Of a DNA stretch of 64,000 bases, positions 1-12,000 are shown one piece after another. The stretch is taken from the NCBI GenBank assembly GCA_964016885.1, contig OZ024748.1, forward strand, positions 37,386,001 to 37,450,000, read 5' to 3'. The translations under genes were made by a program, and so were the position numbers. The notes under the pieces were generated by a model. It was not told the origin of the DNA, did no database searches, and saw only the letters and a program-made list of their open reading frames with translations. This stretch comes from Eledone cirrhosa. Its lineage: Eukaryota. How positions within the stretch are numbered: position 1 is the stretch's first letter; every line of letters begins with the position of its first letter.

Positions 1-3000
1 TGTCAGAGTTAACTACCTCTATATCTAGTATGACAATGTCAGTGTCAGTGTTAACTACCACTAGATCTAGTATGACAATGTCAGAGTTAACTACCTCTAG
101 ATCTAATATGACAATGTCAGTGTCAGTGTTAACTACCTCTAGATCTAGTGTGACAATGTTAGTGTCAGTGTTAACTACCTCTAGATCTAGTATGACAATG
201 TTAGTGTCAGTGTTAACTACCACTAGGTCTAGTATGACAATGTCAGTGTCAGTGTTAACTACCTCTAGATCTAGTATGACAATGTCAGTGTCAGTGTTAA
301 CTACCTCTAGATCTAGTATGACAATGTTAGTGTCAGTGTTAACTACCACTAGATCTAGTATGACAATGTCAGTGTCAGTGTTAACTACCTCTAGATCTAG
401 TATGACAATGTTAGTGTCAGTGTTAACTTCCTCTAGATCTAGTATGACAATGTTAGTGTCAGTGTTAACTACCTCTAGATCTAGTGTGACAATGTTAGTG
501 TCAGTGTTAACTACCTCTAGATCTAGTATGACAATGTCAGTGTCAGTGTTAACTACCTCTAGATCTAGTATGACAATGTCAGTGTCAGTGTTAACTACCT
601 CTAGATCTAGTAAGACAATGTCAGTGTCAGTGTTAACTACCTCTAGATCTAGTATGACAATATCAGTGTCAGTGTTAACTACCTCTATATCTAGTAAGAC
701 AATGTCAGTGTCAGTGTTAACTACCTCTAGATCTAGTGTGACAATGTCAGTGTCAGTGTTAACTACCTCTAGATCTAGTATGACAATGTCAGTGTCAGGG
801 TTAACTACCTCAAGATCTAGTGTGACGATGTTAGTGTCAGTGTTAAATACCTCTAGATCTAGTATGACGATGTCAGTGTCAGTGTTAACTACCACAAGAT
901 CTAGTGTGACAATGTTAGTGTCAGTGTTAACTACCTCTAGATATAGTATGACAATTTTAGTGTCAGTGTTAACTATCTCTAGATCTAGTGTGACAATGTT
1001 AGTGTCAGTGTTAACTACCTCTAGATATAGTATGACAATGTCAGTGTCAGTGTTAACTACCTCTAGATCTAGTATGACAATGTCAGTGTCAGTGTTAACT
1101 ACCACAAGATCTAGTGTGACAATGTTAGTGTCAGTGTTAACTACCTCTAGATATAGTATGACAATGTCAGTGTCAGTGTTTACTACCTCTAGATCTAGTA
1201 TGACAATGTTAGTGTCAGTGTTAACTACCTCTAGATCTAGTGTGACAATGTTAGTGTCAGTGTTAACTACCTCTAGATATAGTATGACAATGTCAGTGTC
1301 AGTGTTTACTACCTCTAGATCTAGTATGACAATGTTAGTGTCAGTGTTAACTACCTCTAGATCTAGTGTGACAATGTTAGTGTCAGTGTTAACTACCTCT
1401 AGATATAGTATGACAATGTCAGTGTCAGTGTTAACTACCTCTAGATCTAGTATGACAATGTTAGTGTCAGTGTTAACTATCTCTAGATCTAGTGTGACAA
1501 TGTTAGTGTCAGTGTTAACTACCTCTAGATATAGTATGACAATGTCAGTGTCAGTGTTAACTACCTCTAGATCTAGTATGACAATGTCAGTGTCAGTGTT
1601 AACTACCACAAGATCTAGTGTGACAATGTTAGTGTCAGTGTTAACTACCTCTAGATATAGTATGACAATGTCAGTGTCAGTGTTTACTACCTCTAGATCT
1701 AGTATGACAATGTTAGTGTCAGTGTTAACTACCTCTAGATCTAGTGTGACAATGTTAGTGTCAGTGTTAACTACCTCTAGATATAGTATGACAATGTCAG
1801 TGTCAGTGTTTACTACCTCTAGATCTAGTATGACAATGTTAGTGTCAGTGTTAACTACCTCTAGATCTAGTGTGACAATGTTAGTGTCAGTGTTAACTAC
1901 CTCTAGATATAGTATGACAATGTCAGTGTCAGTGTTAACTACCTCTAGATCTAGTATGACAATGTTAGTGTCAGTGTTAACTACCTCTAGATCTAGTGTG
2001 ACAATGTTAGTGTCAGTGTTAACTACCTCTAGATATAGTATGACAATGTCAGTGTCAGTGTTAACTACCTCTAGATCTAGTATGACAATGTCAGTGTCAG
2101 TGTTAACTACCACAAGATCTAGTGTGACAATGTTAGTGTCAGTGTTAACTACCTCTAGATATAGTATGACGATGTCAGTGTCAGTGTTTACTACCTCTAG
2201 ATCTAGTATGACAATGTTAGTGTCAGTGTTAACTACCTCTAGATCTAGTGTGACAATGTTAGTGTCAGTGTTAACTACCTCTAGATATAGTATGACAATG
2301 TTAGTGTCAGTGTTAACTACCTCTAGATCTAGTATGACAATGTTAGTGTCAGTGTTAACTACCTCTAGATCTAGTATGACAATGTTAGTGTCAGTGTTAA
2401 CTACCTCTAGATCTAGTGTGAGAATGTTAGTGTCAGTGTTAACTACCTCTAGATATAGTATGACAATGTCAGTGTCAGTGTTAACTACCTCTAGATCTAG
2501 TATGACAATGTCAGTGTCATGGTTAACTACCTCTAGATCTAGTGTGACAATGTTAGTGTCAGTGTTAACTACCACTAGATCTAGTATGACAATGTCAGTG
2601 TCAGTGTTAACTACCTCTAGATCTAGTATGACAATGTTAGTGTCAGTGTTAACTACCACTAGATCTAGTATGACAATGTCAGTGTCAGGGTTAACTACCT
2701 CAAGATCTAGTGTGACAATGTTAGTGTCAGTGTTAACTACCTCTAGATCTAGTATGACAATGTTAGTGTCAGTGTTAACTACCACTAGATCTAGTATGAC
2801 AATATCAGTGTCAGGGATAACTACCTCAAGATCTAGTGTGACAATGTCAGTGTCAGTGTTAACTACCTCTAGATCTAGTATGACAATGTCAGTGTCAGTG
2901 TTAACTACCTCTAGATCTAGTATGACAATGTTAGTGTCAGTGTTAACTACCTCTAGATCTAGTATGACAATGTTAGTGTCAGTGTTAACTACCTCTAGAT

Positions 3001-6000
3001 CTAGTGTGACAATGTTAGTGTCAGTGTTAACTACCTCTAGATATAGTATGACAATGTAAGTGTCAGTGTTAACTACCTCTAGATCTAGTATGACAATGTC
3101 AGTGTCAGTGTTAACTACCTCTAGATCTAGTATGACAATGTCAGTGTCAGTGTTAACTACCACTAGATCTAGTATGACAATGTCAGTGTCAGTGTTAACT
3201 ACCACTATATCTAGTATGACAATGTCAGAGTTAACTACCTCTAGATCTAGTATGACAATGTCAGTGTCAGAGTTAACTACCTCTATATCTAGTATGACAA
3301 TGTCAGTGTCAGTGTTAACTACCACTAGATCTAGTATGACAATGTCAGAGTTAACTACCTCTAGATCTAATATGACAATGTCAGTGTCAGTGTTAACTAC
3401 CTCTAGATCTAGTGTGACAATGTTAGTGTCAGTGTTAACTACCTCTAGATCTAGTATGACAATGTTAGTGTCAGTGTTAACTACCACTAGGTCTAGTATG
3501 ACAATGTCAGTGTCAGTGTTAACTACCTCTAGATCTAGTATGACAATGTCAGTGTCAGTGTTAACTACCTCTAGATCTAGTATGACAATGTTAGTGTCAG
3601 TGTTAACTACCACTAGATCTAGTATGACAATGTCAGTGTCAGTGTTAACTACCTCTAGATCTAGTATGACAATGTTAGTGTCAGTGTTAACTTCCTCTAG
3701 ATCTAGTATGACAATGTTAGTGTCAGTGTTAACTACCTCTAGATCTAGTGTGACAATGTTAGTGTCAGTGTTAACTACCTCTAGATCTAGTATGACAATG
3801 TCAGTGTCAGTGTTAACTACCTCTAGATCTAGTATGACAATGTCAGTGTCAGTGTTAACTACCTCTAGATCTAGTAAGACAATGTCAGTGTCAGTGTTAA
3901 CTACCTCTAGATCTAGTATGACAATATCAGTGTCAGTGTTAACTACCTCTATATCTAGTAAGACAATGTCAGTGTCAGTGTTAACTACCTCTAGATCTAG
4001 TGTGACAATGTCAGTGTCAGTGTTAACTACCTCTAGATCTAGTATGACAATGTCAGTGTCAGGGTTAACTACCTCAAGATCTAGTGTGACGATGTTAGTG
4101 TCAGTGTTAAATACCTCTAGATCTAGTATGACGATGTCAGTGTCAGTGTTAACTACCACAAGATCTAGTGTGACAATGTTAGTGTCAGTGTTAACTACCT
4201 CTAGATATAGTATGACAATGTCAGTGTCAGTGTTTACTACCTCTAGATCTAGTATGACAATGTTAGTGTCAGTGTTAACTACCTCTAGATCTAGTGTGAC
4301 AATGTTAGTGTCAGTGTTAACTACCTCTAGAGATAGTATGACAATGTCAGTGTCAGTGTTAACTACCTCTAGATCTAGTATGACAATGTCAGTGTCAGTG
4401 TTAACTACCTCTAGATCTAGTATGACAATGTCAGTGTCGGTGTTAACTACCACTAGATCTAGTATGACAATGTCAGTGTCAGTGTTAACTACCACAAGAT
4501 CTAGTGTGACAATGTTAGTGTCAGTGTTAACTACCTCTAGATCTAGTATGACAATGTCAGTGTCAGTGTTAACTACCACTAGATCTAGTATGACAATGTC
4601 AGAGTTAACTACCTCTAGATCTAGTATGACAATGTCAGTGTCAGTGTTAACAACCTCTAGATCTACTATGACAATGTCAGTGTCAGTGTTAACTACCACT
4701 AGATCTAGTATGACAATGTCAGAGTTAACTACCTCTAGATGTAATATGACAATGTCAGTGTCAGTGTTAACTACCTCTAGATCTAGTATGACAATGTCAG
4801 TGTCAGTGTTAACTACCTCTAGATCTAGTGTGACAATGTCAGTGTCAGTGTTAACTACCTCTAGATCTAGTATGACAATGTCAGTGTCAGTGTTAACTAC
4901 CTCTAGATCTAGTGTGACAATGTCAGTGTCAGTGTTAACTACCTCTAGATCTAGTATGACAATGTTAGTGTCAGTGTTAACTATCTCTAGATCTAGTGTG
5001 ACAATGTTAGTGTCAGTGTTAACTACCTCTAGATATAGTATGACAATGTCAGTGTCAGTGTTAACTACCTCTAGATCTAGTGTGACAATGTCAGTGTCAG
5101 TGTTAACTACCTCTAGATCTAGTATGACAATTTTAGTGTCAGTGTTAACTATCTCTAGATCTAGTGTGACAATGTTAGTGTCAGTGTTAACTACCTCTAG
5201 ATATAGTATGACAATGTCAGTGTCAGTGTTAACTACCTCTAGATCTAGTATGACAATGTCAGTGTCAGTGTTAACTACCACAAGATCTAGTGTGACAATG
5301 TTAGTGTCAGTGTTAACTACCTCTAGATATAGTATGACAATGTCAGTGTCAGTGTTTACTACCTCTAGATCTAGTATGACAATGTTAGTGTCAGTGTTAA
5401 CTACCTCTAGATCTAGTGTGACAATGTTAGTGTCAGTGTTAACTACCTCTAGATATAGTATGACAATGTCAGTGTCAGTGTTTACTACCTCTAGATCTAG
5501 TATGACAATGTTAGTGTCAGTGTTAACTACCTCTAGATCTAGTGTGACAATGTTAGTGTCAGTGTTAACTACCTCTAGATATAGTATGACAATGTCAGTG
5601 TCAGTGTTAACTACCTCTAGATCTAGTATGACAATGTTAGTGTCAGTGTTAACTACCTCTAGATCTAGTGTGACAATGTTAGTGTCAGTGTTAACTACCT
5701 CTAGATATAGTATGACAATGTCAGTGTCAGTGTTAACTACCTCTAGATCTAGTATGACAATGTCAGTGTCAGTGTTAACTACCACAAGATCTAGTGTGAC
5801 AATGTTAGTGTCAGTGTTAACTACCTCTAGATATAGTATGACGATGTCAGTGTCAGTGTTTACTACCTCTAGATCTAGTATGACAATGTTAGTGTCAGTG
5901 TTAACTACCTCTAGATCTAGTGTGACAATGTTAGTGTCAGTGTTAACTACCTCTAGATATAGTATGACAATGTTAGTGTCAGTGTTAACTACCTCTAGAT

Positions 6001-9000
6001 CTAGTATGACAATGTTAGTGTCAGTGTTAACTACCTCTAGATCTAGTATGACAATGTTAGTGTCAGTGTTAACTACCTCTAGATCTAGTGTGAGAATGTT
6101 AGTGTCAGTGTTAACTACCTCTAGATATAGTATGACAATGTCAGTGTCAGTGTTAACTACCTCTAGATCTAGTATGACAATGTCAGTGTCATGGTTAACT
6201 ACCTCTAGATCTAGTGTGACAATGTTAGTGTCAGTGTTAACTACCACTAGATCTAGTATGACAATGTCAGTGTCAGTGTTAACTACCTCTAGATCTAGTA
6301 TGACAATGTTAGTGTCAGTGTTAACTACCACTAGATCTAGTATGACAATGTCAGTGTCAGGGTTAACTACCTCAAGATCTAGTGTGACAATGTTAGTGTC
6401 AGTGTTAACTACCTCTAGATCTAGTATGACAATGTTAGTGTCAGTGTTAACTACCACTAGATCTAGTATGACAATATCAGTGTCAGGGATAACTACCTCA
6501 AGATCTAGTGTGACAATGTCAGTGTCAGTGTTAACTACCTCTAGATCTAGTATGACAATGTCAGTGTCAGTGTTAACTACCTCTAGATCTAGTATGACAA
6601 TGTTAGTGTCAGTGTTAACTACCTCTAGATCTAGTATGACAATGTTAGTGTCAGTGTTAACTACCTCTAGATCTAGTGTGACAATGTTAGTGTCAGTGTT
6701 AACTACCTCTAGTTATAGTATGACAATGTTAGTGTCAGTGTTAACTACCTGTAGATCTAGTATGACAATATCAGTGTCAGTGTTAACTACCTCTAGATCT
6801 AGTATGACAATGTTAGTGACAGTGTTATCTACCTCTAGATCTAGTATGACAATGTCAGTGTCAGTGTTAACTACCTCTAGATCTAGTGAGACGATGTTAG
6901 TGTCAGTGTTAACTACCTGTAGATCTAGTATGACAATGTCAGTGTCAGGGTTAACTAGCTCTAGATCTAGTATGACAATGTTAGTGTCAGTGTTAACTAC
7001 CACTAGATCTAGTGTGACAATGTTAGTGTCAGTGTTAACTACCACTAGATCTAGTATGACAATGTCAGTGTCAGTGTTAACTACCTCTAGATCTAGTGTG
7101 ACAATGTTAGTGTCAGTGTTAACTACCACTAGATCTAGTATGACAATGTCAGTGTCAGTGTTAACTACCTCTAGATCTAGTATGACAATGTTAGTGTCAG
7201 TGTTAACTACCTCTAGATATAGTATGACAATGTCAGTGTCAGTGTTAACTACCTCTAGATCTAGTATGACAATGTCAGTGTCAGTGTTAACTACCACAAG
7301 ATCTAGTGTGACAATGTTAGTGTCAGTGTTAACTACCTCTAGATATAGTATGACAATGTCAGTGTCAGTGTCTACCAACTCTAGATCTAGTATGACAATG
7401 TTAGTGTCAGTTTTAACTACCTCTAGATCTAGTGTGACAATGTTAGTGTCAGTGTTAACTACCTCTAGATATAGTATGACAATGTCAGTGTCAGTGTTTA
7501 CTACCTCTAGATCTAGTATGACAATGTTAGTGTCAGTGTTAACTACCTCTAGATCTAGTGTGACAATGTTAGTGTCAGTGTTAACTACCTCTAGATATAG
7601 TATGACAATGTAAGTGTCAGTGTTAACTACCTCTAGATCTAGTATGACAATGTCAGTGTCAGTGTTAACTACCTCTAGATCTAGTATGACAATGTCAGTG
7701 TCAGTGTTAACTACCACTAGATCTAGTATGACAATGTCAGTGTCAGTGTTAACTACCACTATATCTAGTATGACAATGTCAGAGTTAACTACCTCTAGAT
7801 CTAGTATGACAATGTCAGTGTCAGAGTTAACTACCTCTATATCTAGTATGACAATGTCAGTGTCAGTGTTAACTACCACTAGATCTAGTATGACAATGTC
7901 AGAGTTAACTACCTCTAGATCTAATATGACAATGTCAGTGTCAGTGTTAACTACCTCTAGATCTAGTGTGACAATGTTAGTGTCAGTGTTAACTACCTCT
8001 AGATCTAGTATGACAATGTTAGTGTCAGTGTTAACTACCACTAGGTCTAGTATGACAATGTCAGTGTCAGTGTTAACTACCTCTAGATCTAGTATGACAA
8101 TGTCAGTGTCAGTGTTAACTACCTCTAGATCTAGTATGACAATGTTAGTGTCAGTGTTAACTACCACTAGATCTAGTATGACAATGTCAGTGTCAGTGTT
8201 AACTACCTCTAGATCTAGTATGACAATGTTAGTGTCAGTGTTAACTTCCTCTAGATCTAGTATGACAATGTTAGTGTCAGTGTTAACTACCTCTAGATCT
8301 AGTGTGACAATGTTAGTGTCAGTGTTAACTACCTCTAGATCTAGTATGACAATGTCAGTGTCAGTGTTAACTACCTCTAGATCTAGTATGACAATGTCAG
8401 TGTCAGTGTTAACTACCTCTAGATCTAGTAAGACAATGTCAGTGTCAGTGTTAACTACCTCTAGATCTAGTATGACAATATCAGTGTCAGTGTTAACTAC
8501 CTCTATATCTAGTAAGACAATGTCAGTGTCAGTGTTAACTACCTCTAGATCTAGTGTGACAATGTCAGTGTCAGTGTTAACTACCTCTAGATCTAGTATG
8601 ACAATGTCAGTGTCAGGGTTAACTACCTCAAGATCTAGTGTGACGATGTTAGTGTCAGTGTTAAATACCTCTAGATCTAGTATGACGATGTCAGTGTCAG
8701 TGTTAACTACCACAAGATCTAGTGTGACAATGTTAGTGTCAGTGTTAACTACCTCTAGATATAGTATGACAATGTCAGTGTCAGTGTTTACTACCTCTAG
8801 ATCTAGTATGACAATGTTAGTGTCAGTGTTAACTACCTCTAGATCTAGTGTGACAATGTTAGTGTCAGTGTTAACTACCTCTAGAGATAGTATGACAATG
8901 TCAGTGTCAGTGTTAACTACCTCTAGATCTAGTATGACAATGTCAGTGTCAGTGTTAACTACCTCTAGATCTAGTATGACAATGTCAGTGTCGGTGTTAA

Positions 9001-12000
9001 CTACCACTAGATCTAGTATGACAATGTCAGTGTCAGTGTTAACTACCACAAGATCTAGTGTGACAATGTTAGTGTCAGTGTTAACTACCTCTAGATCTAG
9101 TATGACAATGTCAGTGTCAGTGTTAACTACCACTAGATCTAGTATGACAATGTCAGAGTTAACTACCTCTAGATCTAGTATGACAATGTCAGTGTCAGTG
9201 TTAACAACCTCTAGATCTACTATGACAATGTCAGTGTCAGTGTTAACTACCACTAGATCTAGTATGACAATGTCAGAGTTAACTACCTCTAGATGTAATA
9301 TGACAATGTCAGTGTCAGTGTTAACTACCTCTAGATCTAGTATGACAATGTCAGTGTCAGTGTTAACTACCTCTAGATCTAGTGTGACAATGTCAGTGTC
9401 AGTGTTAACTACCTCTAGATCTAGTATGACAATGTCAGTGTCAGTGTTAACTACCTCTAGATCTAGTGTGACAATGTCAGTGTCAGTGTTAACTACCTCT
9501 AGATCTAGTATGACAATGTTAGTGTCAGTGTTAACTATCTCTAGATCTAGTGTGACAATGTTAGTGTCAGTGTTAACTACCTCTAGATATAGTATGACAA
9601 TGTCAGTGTCAGTGTTAACTACCTCTAGATCTAGTGTGACAATGTCAGTGTCAGTGTTAACTACCTCTAGATCTAGTATGACAATTTTAGTGTCAGTGTT
9701 AACTATCTCTAGATCTAGTGTGACAATGTTAGTGTCAGTGTTAACTACCTCTAGATATAGTATGACAATGTCAGTGTCAGTGTTAACTACCTCTAGATCT
9801 AGTATGACAATGTCAGTGTCAGTGTTAACTACCACAAGATCTAGTGTGACAATGTTAGTGTCAGTGTTAACTACCTCTAGATATAGTATGACAATGTCAG
9901 TGTCAGTGTTTACTACCTCTAGATCTAGTATGACAATGTTAGTGTCAGTGTTAACTACCTCTAGATCTAGTGTGACAATGTTAGTGTCAGTGTTAACTAC
10001 CTCTAGATATAGTATGACAATGTTAGTGTCAGTGTTAACTACCTCTAGATCTAGTATGACAATGTTAGTGTCAGTGTTAACTACCTCTAGATCTAGTATG
10101 ACAATGTTAGTGTCAGTGTTAACTACCTCTAGATCTAGTATGACAATGTTAGTGTCAGTGTTAACTACCTCTAGATATAGTATGACAATGTCAGTGTCAG
10201 TGTTAACTACCTCTAGATCTAGTATGACAACGTCAGTGTCATGGTTAACTACCTCTAGATCTAGTATGACAATGTTTGTGTCAGTGTTAACTACCACTAG
10301 ATCTAGTATGACAATGTCAGTGTCAGGGTTAACTACCTCAAGATCTAGTGTGACAATGTTAGTGTCAGTGTTAACTACCACTAGATCTAGTATGACAATG
10401 TCAGAGTTAACTACCTCTAGATGTAATATGACAATGTCAGTGTCAGTGTTAACTACCTCTAGATCTAGTATGACAATGTCAGTGTCAGTGTTAACTACCT
10501 CTAGATCTAGTGTGACAATGTCAGTGTCAGTGTTAACTACCTCTAGATCTAGTATGACAATGTCAGTGTCAGTGTTAACTACCTCTAGATCTAGTGTGAC
10601 AATGTCAGTGTCAGTGTTAACTACCTCTAGATCTAGTATGACAATGTTAGTGTCAGTGTTAACTATCTCTAGATCTAGTGTGACAATGTTAGTGTCAGTG
10701 TTAACTACCTCTAGATATAGTATGACAATGTCAGTGTCAGTGTTAACTTCCTCTAGATCTAGTGTGACAATGTCAGTGTCAGTGTTAACTACCTCTAGAT
10801 CTAGTATGACAATGTTAGTGTCAGTGTTAACTATCTCTAGATCTAGTGTGACAATGTTAGTGTCAGTGTTAACTACCTCTAGATATAGTATGACAATGTC
10901 AGTGTCAGTGTTAACTACCTCTAGATCTAGTATGACAATGTCAGTGTCAGTGTTAACTACCACAAGATCTAGTGTGACAATGTTAGTGTCAGTGTTAACT
11001 ACCTCTAGATATAGTATGACAATGTCAGTGTCAGTGTTTACTACCTCTAGATCTAGTATGACAATGTTAGTGTCAGTGTTAACTACCTCTAGATCTAGTG
11101 TGACAATGTTAGTGTCAGTGTTAACTACCTCTACATATAGTATGACAATGTTAGTGTCAGTGTTAACTACCTCTAGATCTAGTATGACAATGTTAGTGTC
11201 AGTGTTAACTACCTCTAGATCTAGTATGACAATGTTAGTGTCAGTGTTAACTACCTCTAGATCTAGTGTGACAATGTTAGTGTCAGTGTTAACTACCTCT
11301 AGATATAGTATGACAATGTCAGTGTCAGTGTTAACTACCTCTAGATCTAGTATGACAATGTCAGTGTCATGGTTAACTACCTCTAGATCTAGTGTGACAA
11401 TGTTAGTGTCAGTGTTAACTACCACTAGATCTAGTATGACAATGTCAGTGTCAGTGTTAACTACCTCTAGATCTAGTATGACAATGTTAGTGTCAGTGTT
11501 AACTACCACTAGATCTAGAATGACAATGTCAGTGTCAGGGTTAACTACCTCAAGATCTAGTGTGACAATGTTAGTGTCAGTGTTAACTATCTCTAGATCT
11601 AGTATGACAATGTTAGTGTCAGTGTTAACTACCACTAGATCTAGTATGACAATGTCAGTGTCAGGGTTAACTACCTCAAGATCTAGTGTGACAATGTCAG
11701 TGTCAGTGTTAACTACCTCTAGATCTAGTATGACAATGTCAGTGTCAGTGTTAACTACCTCTAGATCTAGTATGACAATGTTAGTGTCAGTGTTAACTAC
11801 CTCTAGATCTAGTATGACAATGTTAGTGTCAGTGTTAACTACCTCTAGATCTAGTGTGACAATGTTAGTGTCAGTGTTAACTACCTCAAGATCTAGTGTG
11901 ACAATGTTAGTGTCAGTGTTAACTACCTCTAGTTATAGTATGACAATGTTAGTGTCAGTGTTAACTACCTGTAGATCTAGTATGACAATATCAGTGTCAG

